DNA from: a virus
IMG/VR virus record: IMGVR_UViG_3300033145_000668
Location: 1 to 64,000 of that record
Length of the DNA: 64,000 nt
Strand: one strand, 5' to 3'
The notes below the pieces were generated by a model. That model ran no database searches. It was not told the origin of the DNA and saw nothing but the letters and a program-made list of their open reading frames with translations. Positions 54,175 to 63,874 of the stretch are shown here, one piece after another. Made by a program: the position numbers and the translations under genes. Within the stretch, counting starts at the first letter, position 1, and every line of letters begins with the position of its first letter.

Positions 54175-56613
54175 TTAAAATAGCGTCTTCTGACCGCTTA
54201 ATTTTAATTTTGCGATTGCTACAATTTTATCCAATTCTTTCATTCTACCCAATACTTCATAAATTGGTTTTGCTTTTTGATATATATTTTTTATTACCAT
54301 TGCCGACCAATCTATTTTAATATTTTTATCTTTAAACTGTGTTTCATCTTCGAAGCACATAACATCGGACACTTGTCCTGTAATATATAATAACTTAAAT
54401 TTATTTCCTTCTCTTAATCTTAAACCTAAATTTTCATTGCTCCACTTCACTCCTCTAATAACCGGACGATTCGCTGGTTTAGTTGTTGTATGTCCTTCTT
54501 TATCTGTTCGTGTAATAGTATATTTTTCAATTGCTTTATTTAACTTAGAAGGAATAGCAATATCATTTAACTCTATTTTTCTCATAATCATATCATCGAT
54601 AGTTTTACAAACATAATCATTTAATAAATTAAAATCATCTTGCATTAATAACAATCTAAATAACTCCTTTTGAAAAACTTTTGACATTGGAGCAGTGTCG
54701 CTTCTCCTAACTTGCATTCCGCACGCTTTAATTTTATCACATTCTTCTCCATCATCCCAAGTTGTTCTTAAAACATATCTTTTCTTAGTTTGAATAAAAG
54801 CTTTTTTAGCAAACTTTTCGAATTCCATATTAATAGTACTCTTCGGCATACCTAAATCTTCTATTACAAACTTTTCAATTTGGTCGTTAATTAATTTTTG
54901 TAATCTTTTTCCTTCTACAATTGGGTCTTTATCTTTAGGAATTACAAATCCAATAGAATCAGTATCAGACATAACATGAGTATATCCTGTATCTTCTACA
55001 ACTATATCTCTAGCTTTACAAATTAATTGTCGAGCATTAGCTGTTACTGCATTTGCTAATCGCAAATCATTCATTCTAAATCCATTAGATGCGAATACAC
55101 CCCAAATACTATTGATAACGATTTTAATAGCAAACATTTTATCTCGTAAATCCTGTCCTCCAGTTCCTTGCATTTGTTCTTTTAATTCTTTTTTTAGTTG
55201 TAGCAAATCATCAATTACGCTTGGCATAATTCCTTGTCCTTGTTGGTCGACTTTTAAACCGGTTTCAATATTAACAATTATTCCATCGTCGCTAATTTTT
55301 TCTTTACTTAAATTAAAAGTTTTAATAATATTTGGATACAATCCACTATAATCAAAAAATACTACATTATCATATAATCCAGGATTAGTAAAAACATAAG
55401 CTCCTTGAAGATGTTCGTCTTCTCCTCGTTCTCTAAAAATAGGTTTAGTAGGAAATGATTTTTGAGTATTATATTTTTTTAATATCTTAGTATCGTGAAT
55501 TCTCGACATATAAAAACAATCAGTAATATTTCTTACTCCAGCAAAGTTTCTAATTTGTTCAAACAAATCTAATAATTTACACTTCTCATTAATTCTAACT
55601 ACTAATTCAACATCTTTTATATTATAATAAATCAGTTCTTCTAGGTTTTCCCTCCACGATTTGCTCATATCATGCACTGGTAACTTCTGGTCACCGAGCT
55701 CAGTATCAGCAACGCTATTTAAAGAATAACTCGCTAATTCTCCAAAGTGTAACTGTCTGTACATTTTTAAAGAATCTGCTAATACTAATCCTAATATTTT
55801 TATTTCTCCCTTCATCATCTTTGCTACTCTTGCATTAAAATCAATTCCGTGCCACATTACTGTGTCGAGCGGATTAGTAAAAGAACATAACTTTTCTACA
55901 TCAATCTCTAAATGTTCCAGACGAGCATATAAATATCCTATATCGAATCCAATGTTCCATGCCGTTAATATGTCACCGTCTTCACAATTAAGATAAAAAA
56001 GAAATTGTCTTAACATTTGGTCTTCATTATTAAAATAGTAAATAGTTTTATCGCCGTCTTTTTTAATTACACTTTCAATATCTTCTCTCCAAACATATGT
56101 AACATATTTATTACTAAAACTATCGTGCGCCGTAATGCAAGTTATTTTTTCAACAGGATTATCATTATCAGGAAATCCTTTATCGCAAGTTGTTTCAATA
56201 TCAAATGTTATTGTTTTATATTTTGTCGACTCAACCTTCTCAACTTTATCTATCATATATCGCATATCAATAGATAAATCTAATTCGTATGTATTATCTA
56301 AATTACCTCGTAAGTCTGTAATATATTTTTTAAAAAATAATTGTTCTTTAGGATGATTAAATATAATCTTATAAACCGGTTCTCCGTAAATATCATTAGG
56401 ACCAAATCCAGACATTTGAGCATAAGTTGGAAGTATAAAGTTTTTACTTTTTAGGAGAGTATCGTTAACATAACAATATGGCTTAAAATCAGTTACTCGT
56501 CTAACTTCTTTTGTTCCGTCTTTATTTCTAATAAATAAAAGTATAGTTGGCACACCATTAATAATCTTAGAACTAATATCATATAATCCAATATACGTGT
56601 CTCGTTGCGTCAT
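54175..56613 (-). CDS. polB: Family B DNA polymerase
   Basis: Exo FDIET, WN.GFD..YL, YN.KDV; Pol DYSGLYP, K...NS.WG, SDTDS, KKRY. Confidence 0.95.
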   Translation of the reverse strand: MTQRDTYIGLYDISSKIINGVPTILLFIRNKDGTKEVRRVTDFKPYCYVNDTLLKSKNFILPTYAQMSGFGPNDIYGEPVYKIIFNHPKEQLFFKKYITDLRGNLDNTYELDLSIDMRYMIDKVEKVESTKYKTITFDIETTCDKGFPDNDNPVEKITCITAHDSFSNKYVTYVWREDIESVIKKDGDKTIYYFNNEDQMLRQFLFYLNCEDGDILTAWNIGFDIGYLYARLEHLEIDVEKLCSFTNPLDTVMWHGIDFNARVAKMMKGEIKILGLVLADSLKMYRQLHFGELASYSLNSVADTELGDQKLPVHDMSKSWRENLEELIYYNIKDVELVVRINEKCKLLDLFEQIRNFAGVRNITDCFYMSRIHDTKILKKYNTQKSFPTKPIFRERGEDEHLQGAYVFTNPGLYDNVVFFDYSGLYPNIIKTFNLSKEKISDDGIIVNIETGLKVDQQGQGIMPSVIDDLLQLKKELKEQMQGTGGQDLRDKMFAIKIVINSIWGVFASNGFRMNDLRLANAVTANARQLICKARDIVVEDTGYTHVMSDTDSIGFVIPKDKDPIVEGKRLQKLINDQIEKFVIEDLGMPKSTINMEFEKFAKKAFIQTKKRYVLRTTWDDGEECDKIKACGMQVRRSDTAPMSKVFQKELFRLLLMQDDFNLLNDYVCKTIDDMIMRKIELNDIAIPSKLNKAIEKYTITRTDKEGHTTTKPANRPVIRGVKWSNENLGLRLREGNKFKLLYITGQVSDVMCFEDETQFKDKNIKIDWSAMVIKNIYQKAKPIYEVLGRMKELDKIVAIAKLKLSGQKTLF

Positions 56614-56614
56614 A

Positions 56615-57376
56615 TTATAACACCCGCTTTACCATATCTATATTATATTGTATTGTGTTTAACTGGTCTTGTGTTAATTCAGAAATATTATGGTCTAATC
56701 TTTCTAATGGTTCCGTAATACATTCATCTAACTTAATTCCCATCGAACCTAACTTAAAACAAATATTCGAATCCATACTTCTTACCAACGGATATTTTTT
56801 ATATGTTTCGATTTCGTGAATTAAATAATGATTAGCTCCAGCACAATGAATTGGCTTCCTAACTAAATCTTGTTCGTGTAAAAACTCTAAACATTTAATT
56901 CTACAAATTGCAAAATCTTTTGTTCCTGCCATTTCTGCAAACGCTTCCACAGAATATTTACTAATAGCAATTACATCTATGCTTGGATGATTTAGCATCC
57001 ATTTGTAGCAAGATATCCATTCGCTTGCGTTTTTACCTTGCGGAAGACCAACAATTCTAAAATTAATTTTATCGTTTGTTGTTAAGTGTGAAATAAACTC
57101 TTCTGTTAATCTTACAGTTTCTTCATAATCGTATAACTTATCACTTGCCCAAATTTCATTACTATTAACATCTCTAGCAGATTGTATTACTTGTTCGACT
57201 GGAGAACTAACTCCATTTTCTGCAGCCATATTATCTGTGATTTTATAATTTTTATGGTCCCTATAATAAGCAGTATATTCAGGATTGTTATTTATCCAAT
57301 CACAAAGAGTGAATGCTATTTCTCCTTGCTCTGAGAATTCTGGATAGTTTATTCCTGCTATAAATCCGAATTTCAT
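56615..57376 (-). CDS. TGT-fold protein, DpdA-like base-exchange candidate
   Basis: ITDNMAAE, PQG, H.AG, RSMDS pattern; inside deazaguanine cluster. Confidence 0.6.
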   Translation of the reverse strand: MKFGFIAGINYPEFSEQGEIAFTLCDWINNNPEYTAYYRDHKNYKITDNMAAENGVSSPVEQVIQSARDVNSNEIWASDKLYDYEETVRLTEEFISHLTTNDKINFRIVGLPQGKNASEWISCYKWMLNHPSIDVIAISKYSVEAFAEMAGTKDFAICRIKCLEFLHEQDLVRKPIHCAGANHYLIHEIETYKKYPLVRSMDSNICFKLGSMGIKLDECITEPLERLDHNISELTQDQLNTIQYNIDMVKRVL

Positions 57377-58164
57377 TTCGAACCTCGCTCATTAAGAATC
57401 TTTATTTTACTATAAATGTTAACATCTTCTTTAGTATAAGAATTATTTGCATTATTTTTTATTTTCCTATTATGTTTTTGTCTATTTAATAAATATTTTT
57501 TTAATAATATAGCTTGTTCTTTTTTAACGTATAAATGCGGTATAATTAAATCGCATAATTTAATTAAATCAACTTGTTTCGAAAACTTTACATTATAAGT
57601 TCTTTTCCACCTATTATTAGGATGTTTATAATCTGATATATTAATAATAGTAGACGATACATATTTATTAAAAATATTTACACAACGTTCTATTGATTTT
57701 TTATGTGTTCCGCCTATAGAGATACCATAAGCATATGCAATACCATTTTTTCGCTTTGTCTGCCATATTCCAATATATCCCTCACCGTCTATAAAACCAC
57801 ACAACCACAACAAATCTGGGTCATAATTATTTTCAATATATGCTCCGTAATAACCATCTTCATTTATTTCAACTTTAACCTCTCGATTTTTATATTTTTT
57901 TTCAATTCTTTGTTTTAATGCTGACGCCATCATTTCACAACTTTTATTTTCAGTTAGTTTTATTTTTTTAATTAAACTATCTATATATCGCTGAAAACAT
58001 ATATATTCTATGTCGCGGTTATCGTGAAATTGTTCTATCCAAACGATAACTTTAAACTCATGATGGTGTTCATTTTTTAAAAAATCAACTTGTTTAATAT
58101 TACAATCTACCCATTTATGCGTGTCTCTAAAGGATGTAGTTACTTTTGCAAATATTTTAATCAT
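57373..58164 (-). CDS. QueD-paralog (DpdL-like T-fold) fused to LAGLIDADG endonuclease
   Basis: H.W...FLKNEHHHEF, H.NRDIEY, SCE, EDG; then WLCGFIDGEGYI...HLYVKKEQA. Confidence 0.75.
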   Translation of the reverse strand: MIKIFAKVTTSFRDTHKWVDCNIKQVDFLKNEHHHEFKVIVWIEQFHDNRDIEYICFQRYIDSLIKKIKLTENKSCEMMASALKQRIEKKYKNREVKVEINEDGYYGAYIENNYDPDLLWLCGFIDGEGYIGIWQTKRKNGIAYAYGISIGGTHKKSIERCVNIFNKYVSSTIINISDYKHPNNRWKRTYNVKFSKQVDLIKLCDLIIPHLYVKKEQAILLKKYLLNRQKHNRKIKNNANNSYTKEDVNIYSKIKILNERGSK

Positions 58165-58306
58165 TTATTATTTCTCCTATACTTTTTAGTTTTATTTTAC
58201 ATAACGTACATCTTCTACCACCAATTTTATCAACATACACGCCTCGTCTGTTACAGCGTTCACATCTTAAAATTTCTAATACTTTTTTAACTTCATAATT
58301 AGTCAT
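58157..58306 (-). CDS. small zinc-ribbon protein (49 aa)
   Basis: CERC...CTLC; ATGA overlap with folE2 stop. Confidence 0.5.
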   Translation of the reverse strand: MTNYEVKKVLEILRCERCNRRGVYVDKIGGRRCTLCKIKLKSIGEIIND

Positions 58307-59130
58307 TTTAAATCTCTACCGCAATTTAATACTGCAACAGCTTTATGCTGGTGAATTGATTCATTATGATTTATTACAATTACATAATCATTAATTACAT
58401 CATCTAAAATTTTATCTAATTCAATGGAAATATCTCTACTCATATCTTCAACAAATTTAGGATTATTATAAGCTGTTTCTGTTACATATTTTTCATCCGG
58501 TCTTTTTAATACTGACCATATAGGACAACTAGCACAATTTTCTACTATATTTATTATTTCTTCAATTAAAACATCTTCTTTTAATTCAACAGTAACCGAA
58601 GCATTAGATAATTGATTATGAGCAGAATATTCTGAAATTTCTTTACTGCAAGGACATAAACTTGTATAAGGAACGTTTACAGTTAAATATATTTTATCTT
58701 CACCATTAATACTTTTACCTTCTATCGTACAAAGATAATGTACATAACCTTTTATTTTACTAACCGGTGCTTCTTTTTTAAGAAAATAATTAAAATGAAC
58801 TTTTATATAACTATCATTTGAATTTAATTTTTCCTTTAAATCTATTAATAATTGTCTAATAATATCTGTACTAACGTAATCTTCTTCTAAAACATCATGT
58901 ATTAAAATCGGTAACCTACTCATAGAAATTCCTTTTTCTTCTTCACTTAATGAAACATAAATACTCACATCTCCAACAGTAGACCTTATCTTTTTATTAT
59001 GGTCTAATATTTTAATAGGAACGATTAAATCTCTTATACCAACTTTATTTATTTTTTTATGCCTCGCGTCTTTTTGTTCTTGAACATCTGGTAACGCATT
59101 TTTTAATTTTTCTAATTCAATTGAGTTCAT
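58303..59130 (-). CDS. folE2: GTP cyclohydrolase IB (FolE2/MptA family)
   Basis: LPDVQ, KGI.MSR, SLCPCSKEIS.YSAHNQ, KRPDEK.VTE..Y.NPKFVED, ESIH.H. Confidence 0.93.
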   Translation of the reverse strand: MNSIELEKLKNALPDVQEQKDARHKKINKVGIRDLIVPIKILDHNKKIRSTVGDVSIYVSLSEEEKGISMSRLPILIHDVLEEDYVSTDIIRQLLIDLKEKLNSNDSYIKVHFNYFLKKEAPVSKIKGYVHYLCTIEGKSINGEDKIYLTVNVPYTSLCPCSKEISEYSAHNQLSNASVTVELKEDVLIEEIINIVENCASCPIWSVLKRPDEKYVTETAYNNPKFVEDMSRDISIELDKILDDVINDYVIVINHNESIHQHKAVAVLNCGRDLK

Positions 59131-59488
59131 CTTCACCCTCCCAGGGGAAGACCAACCATTCGTTCTTCTTACCTTTTGTTTCAATAAAAAAATCAGGTTT
59201 AACCTTAGTCCACTTTGAATTATAAATACAAGCTATCTTTTTATTTTTTACATTTTGTAATGTTGTTCCTGTATCTGAAATATCATCGCACACCAAAGTA
59301 TTTTTAGTAGGATGTATTAAAATAGGTAATCTTAAAACGTGACTCATTTTAACTGCAACTGGTAATCCGCCTCTCGGCACTCCATAAACACCATCAAATT
59401 TTATTTTAGAATCTACTACCATGTCAGCTAACTCATCTATCATAGCTCCTACTCCTTCCCATTTAATATAAATATATTTTTTTGTCAT
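59117..59488 (-). CDS. Purine phosphoribosyltransferase (Gpt-like)
   Basis: GVPRGGL, LVCDDISDTGTT PRPP loop, W.VFPWE. Confidence 0.88.
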   Translation of the reverse strand: MTKKYIYIKWEGVGAMIDELADMVVDSKIKFDGVYGVPRGGLPVAVKMSHVLRLPILIHPTKNTLVCDDISDTGTTLQNVKNKKIACIYNSKWTKVKPDFFIETKGKKNEWLVFPWEGEDELN

Positions 59489-59658
59489 TTTGAATCTCCC
59501 ATTATTATATCTGTTAATCCTCGTTCATATAAAAAAGTATCTTCTGGTTCAATTCCCAAGTCATTGCATGATTTATAATATGCAACTGCATTTTGAATTT
59601 GTTGATATTCTATTCTTTTATCATTTAATTCTTTTAGCTTTACTTCATAAGGTTTCAT

Positions 59659-60285
59659 TTAAACTCCTTTCTCATTGCCCCATACATCAATATGTATTCT
59701 CTGGCAATATTTTTTATTATTTTTAACACAATAATTCCAAACATCTTGTTGAATTTTTTTATCTTTTTCTTTATCATTTGTTGTTAAAGGCATAAGCATT
59801 GTTGCATCTGATATCATATCTTTATTCATTTTTAAATCTGTAACTATTTTTATATCACATTTTGTTGACTCATCTAATCTTTCAGAAAACGCTATAACAT
59901 TTTGTTGAGCTCGCTTATGCTTTGGACTAAATGCAATATAAGAAAATAAATCAGCATACAATGGAAGAATGTCACCATTTGTTTCTAGATGATGGTATAT
60001 ATATTCTTCTATGTTATAGATTCCAAATCCACATTCTTGTATTACTTCATATATTTCATCTTGTTGTAACATTGGCTCTCCTCCTGTCCAGACAACAATA
60101 TTACATTTACTTTTTTTAATTTCTTTTGTAATTTGTGCAACTGACATTTTTTTTCCTTTAATATGATACTTTGTGTCACAGAAGTCGCAATTTCTATTAC
60201 ATCCAGATGTTCTTATAAATAATACTGGGTGACCAGAATATTTACCTTCCCCTTGAATTGATTTAAAAATTTCTGAGATTATCAT
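59659..60285 (-). CDS. queE: 7-carboxy-7-deazaguanine synthase
   Basis: EIF.SIQGEG, FIR.SGCN..C.FCDT, TGGEP, ETNG, SPK. Confidence 0.93.
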   Translation of the reverse strand: MIISEIFKSIQGEGKYSGHPVLFIRTSGCNRNCDFCDTKYHIKGKKMSVAQITKEIKKSKCNIVVWTGGEPMLQQDEIYEVIQECGFGIYNIEEYIYHHLETNGDILPLYADLFSYIAFSPKHKRAQQNVIAFSERLDESTKCDIKIVTDLKMNKDMISDATMLMPLTTNDKEKDKKIQQDVWNYCVKNNKKYCQRIHIDVWGNEKGV

Positions 60286-60554
60286 TCTTTATTATCTCCA
60301 ACTTTAATTTCATCTAAACTTATTTCTCTTACTGAGCCATCTGGATAACTACAACAATCAAAATATGCAATAGTACCATCTTTGAACGTTATCTTAATAT
60401 TTCCAATTTCACTATCTTCTATTTTTAAAAATTCTTTTCCTATTAGTGCTTCTGCTTCGTCATAAATATGCCTTAAAGTTTTATCGCAACACTTTCCGGG
60501 CATGCCTACATCATCATAAATCTTACCACAACCGTGACAAATATATTTAGTCAT
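60282..60554 (-). CDS. hypothetical zinc-ribbon protein
   Basis: CHGCG...KCC. Confidence 0.6.
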   Translation of the reverse strand: MTKYICHGCGKIYDDVGMPGKCCDKTLRHIYDEAEALIGKEFLKIEDSEIGNIKITFKDGTIAYFDCCSYPDGSVREISLDEIKVGDNKE

Positions 60555-60970
60555 TCTAAATCCTCCGAATCAATTTCACAATAAGAATTTGGACTCTCAT
60601 AAACTTTAATTTTATAAGATAATCTATCATCCATTTGTTTTAGAAGTTTTAATATTTCATAACATAAATTCTCTGCTGTTGAATTTTCATCCATCCAATA
60701 AATTGCACCATCTCCGCAAATAAATGTAATCATTCCACCTAACTCTCTATTTTCCTCACAATCTTTTAATATAGTTTTATGGTCAAAATATTCCTTTAAT
60801 TTTTTACGATTAGTAAAGTCCCAAAGAATTCCTACATCATCAAAATGCTTATCGTCACCATTTATTTCGAGATGAACCTCCCACCTATGACCGTGTAAAA
60901 AATTACATTTACCATCATATCCAACCAGTCTATGTGCTGCATCAAAATCGAATCTTGTGTTTAATTTCAT
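60551..60970 (-). CDS. queD: 6-carboxytetrahydropterin synthase
   Basis: FDAAHRL..Y.GKC..LHGH, DH, TAEN, VYE. Confidence 0.93.
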   Translation of the reverse strand: MKLNTRFDFDAAHRLVGYDGKCNFLHGHRWEVHLEINGDDKHFDDVGILWDFTNRKKLKEYFDHKTILKDCEENRELGGMITFICGDGAIYWMDENSTAENLCYEILKLLKQMDDRLSYKIKVYESPNSYCEIDSEDLE

Positions 60971-61048
60971 TTATTGTTTTGTTTATGTTTACTTGTGTTT
61001 TAATTTAAAAAAAATAAAAAATAATATATCCAAACTAGTATTAAACAC

Positions 61049-61474
61049 TTAAATACTAATTCTTAATCTTCCGTTGTTAGTTTTTGGATTAACTTTCTTA
61101 ATAATTACGACTTCAGTTCCGATTACATTTTTAAATGCATCAACTTTGTACTTAGCAAGGAATTGTGCTGTTTTTGACTTTTCATGCATACCAACAATCC
61201 ACTTCCCATCCATCTCTTTAAGATTATAAGTTTCTACATGAGTAATTGCTCTTCCAATTTGCTCAGCTCCAAATTCTTCAGTTATTAATTTAATTACTTG
61301 TACATCTCGCAACTGTCCTTCTGGTAACGGTTGTCCATCAAGTCCAAATTTTGATGTGCTTTCATCAACATCACATTCTTTAATCTTTACTCTTGTACCG
61401 TCCAATTTATCCATTTCTTCTTCCGATGGACCTCCAAATTTAACATACTCTAGGTTATCTACTTTTTCTGACAT
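61049..61474 (-). CDS. hypothetical protein, possible ssDNA-binding protein
   Basis: Beta-rich 141 aa in replication region; AGGAGGT SD. Confidence 0.55.
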   Translation of the reverse strand: MSEKVDNLEYVKFGGPSEEEMDKLDGTRVKIKECDVDESTSKFGLDGQPLPEGQLRDVQVIKLITEEFGAEQIGRAITHVETYNLKEMDGKWIVGMHEKSKTAQFLAKYKVDAFKNVIGTEVVIIKKVNPKTNNGRLRISI

Positions 61475-61642
61475 TCTACTATACCTCCTTTCATTACGCC
61501 TTCTTCGTTTTTTCGGTTACTTATGCAACCTTCTTTTATTCGAAAACTATTATTAATTTTATTTTGTTTTTTCATATTTTATTAAATTGTTATTTACTTA
61601 TAAACACATTTATAGAGTTTTATTTATAATCTATTATATATT

Positions 61643-63874
61643 TTACATTTCATTTGAATCTAGGTAACTATTTCCTGCCTCGTTTATCATTATCATTGTA
61701 TTTCTTCCAGATTCAAAAGTTCCTATTAATTCTAAATCTATTAATTGTTTTATCATTTTTGACCTCATATTCGATGTCTTTATTTTGAATCTATTTTCTA
61801 GTTCATAATGCATTTGCATTTTTGGCATGCTGCCCTTTAATGATAATAATTTTAAGATAGAAAACTTTATTTTTTTATCTTTATTTTGACTAGTAACTAA
61901 AATCTTAATACTATCAATACACTCCATAATAATATTATAACAACTTTTAATCATTTTTTTCTCTATTAGTGTTTGTTTTCTCCAAACAGCATCCAGCACA
62001 CATAATTTATATAAATGAACACTTTCTCTTCTAACCATTGAATTTAAAATTTCTTTATCTATTGCCATAAATTCACTATAATTTGCTTCAGCTATTTCCC
62101 ACAAGTCATCAACAAAATTATCACTACCAGCTTCAAATTTAAAATCTTTTTTATTTTCTTCATACCATTTTTTCATATCTCTTAATTTTTCTAATAATTT
62201 CATAATGTATTTTTCTTTATTAAAACTTTTTTCCGTCTTAGTATTAAATTTAGATTTAACAATATGCTTTCTAATTACTTTATGGTCAACGTCTGTTAAA
62301 TCTTTTAAGTAAAAAATAGCTCTTTGAAACAATCCATTATGTAAAATAGCATTTACAATATTATCCATTTTATAAGTTGTTAAAACTATTGAAGTATTTG
62401 TTGTAACAGGAATACTATAACCGGCAACTCCTTTTTCAATTCTTCTCGACTTATCCATAGCTTGTCTTAAAATAATTTGAACGTGTTTATTATGCGCTCC
62501 TGGTCTAAAAATACTTTCTGATTCTGACAACGCTAACCAATGAGTATTTTCTAACCAACCTTTTTCAATTGGATTTTTATAAGTCTTACTACCATTAATT
62601 TGATTTTCTTCTGTTAATCCGTTTTTGGTATTAAATTCTACAGCTACTTGATTTACCGCACCTAATAATGTTCTATCTGTAACTTCGGCTGGTCTTTTTG
62701 TAATATATTTTAATCGCTCTAATATTTCATTAATTAAATTAACACCCTCATCTTTTCCAGAAGTAGAATATGAAGAAAAAATTAAATGAACTCTTAAGTC
62801 GTCTTGTTTTTCATCTAATATGGTTCCTAATAAATTATAAAAGCAAAGTTCTTTCCAAACAGGTTGTTGAGCAATACTATTATCCCAAATCTTATCCCAT
62901 AATTGTTTAATAGTATAAAAATCAATAATTTCTTCACCGTTATTTAGTTCATACATAACAGGATAATCGTGTTCAATAGACCACTGAACCATTTCTGATT
63001 TATTATATTCTGTTATTTGACCGTCCATTGCTTTATCAACCCAACCCATAAACTCACCTACATTTTTCCCAGGACAATTTTCTACTATTTTTTGAGCATA
63101 ATTTGTAGCTATTTCATCTTTTGTTAAACCGCTTAATACTAATCCAACAGCTAGATTTTTGAACAGCGTGTTGTTTCTATCTCCGTTTTCTATCATATTA
63201 TTCATCGCGTATTTTAAATAAGGGTCGTTTAAATGAAAGTCGACTATTATCTTCTTATTTTCTATTTGCTGTACTTTTTTATTTTCAATATCTTTTTTAC
63301 AATATTCAATTATTTCTTCATCAATTAAATTTTTTTCATTTGTGTTTACTGTATCATATAAATATTTTTCTTTTCCTGTTTTTAAGTGTTTAGAATATTC
63401 AAGAGCTAACCATTGATTTTCTTTCGCTAGTTTTTCATCTGTTCTAAAATATGTAATTATATATTTTCTTATTCTGTTTCTTAAATCTAAATCCAATTTT
63501 GCAAAATTGTCAAATAATATAGATATATGATAACCTCTCGAGCCAGTGTCCCAAATTACATAACTCCAATTTTTTTCAGTTAACTTTGTTTGAATATCAT
63601 GTATTTTATATTTTTCCTCGACATCTAAAATTATTTCGTTTTTAAAACTTTTTCTTAAATTTATTTCAATTTTTTCATCTTCTGATAATTCAGAAATAAT
63701 CTTTTCAGAAATCCATCTATTTTTATGTTTGCATTTTTTACAAACACCATAGGTATCTAAATCGGCTGACTTACAACCATTACATACTTTACTATTATAC
63801 ATAACTTTCATTTCAGAATTCTCTTTAAGTATTTTCCTTAAAAAATTCTCTTTAAGTTTTTTATAATTAGTCAT
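61643..63874 (-). CDS. Primase-helicase (AEP domain + PriCT-like + divergent ATPase + winged helix)
   Basis: ILDVE, TGSRGYH, H.KTG, GDRNNTLF, STSGKD, LRQAMD, GLFQR. Confidence 0.78.
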   Translation of the reverse strand: MTNYKKLKENFLRKILKENSEMKVMYNSKVCNGCKSADLDTYGVCKKCKHKNRWISEKIISELSEDEKIEINLRKSFKNEIILDVEEKYKIHDIQTKLTEKNWSYVIWDTGSRGYHISILFDNFAKLDLDLRNRIRKYIITYFRTDEKLAKENQWLALEYSKHLKTGKEKYLYDTVNTNEKNLIDEEIIEYCKKDIENKKVQQIENKKIIVDFHLNDPYLKYAMNNMIENGDRNNTLFKNLAVGLVLSGLTKDEIATNYAQKIVENCPGKNVGEFMGWVDKAMDGQITEYNKSEMVQWSIEHDYPVMYELNNGEEIIDFYTIKQLWDKIWDNSIAQQPVWKELCFYNLLGTILDEKQDDLRVHLIFSSYSTSGKDEGVNLINEILERLKYITKRPAEVTDRTLLGAVNQVAVEFNTKNGLTEENQINGSKTYKNPIEKGWLENTHWLALSESESIFRPGAHNKHVQIILRQAMDKSRRIEKGVAGYSIPVTTNTSIVLTTYKMDNIVNAILHNGLFQRAIFYLKDLTDVDHKVIRKHIVKSKFNTKTEKSFNKEKYIMKLLEKLRDMKKWYEENKKDFKFEAGSDNFVDDLWEIAEANYSEFMAIDKEILNSMVRRESVHLYKLCVLDAVWRKQTLIEKKMIKSCYNIIMECIDSIKILVTSQNKDKKIKFSILKLLSLKGSMPKMQMHYELENRFKIKTSNMRSKMIKQLIDLELIGTFESGRNTMIMINEAGNSYLDSNEM

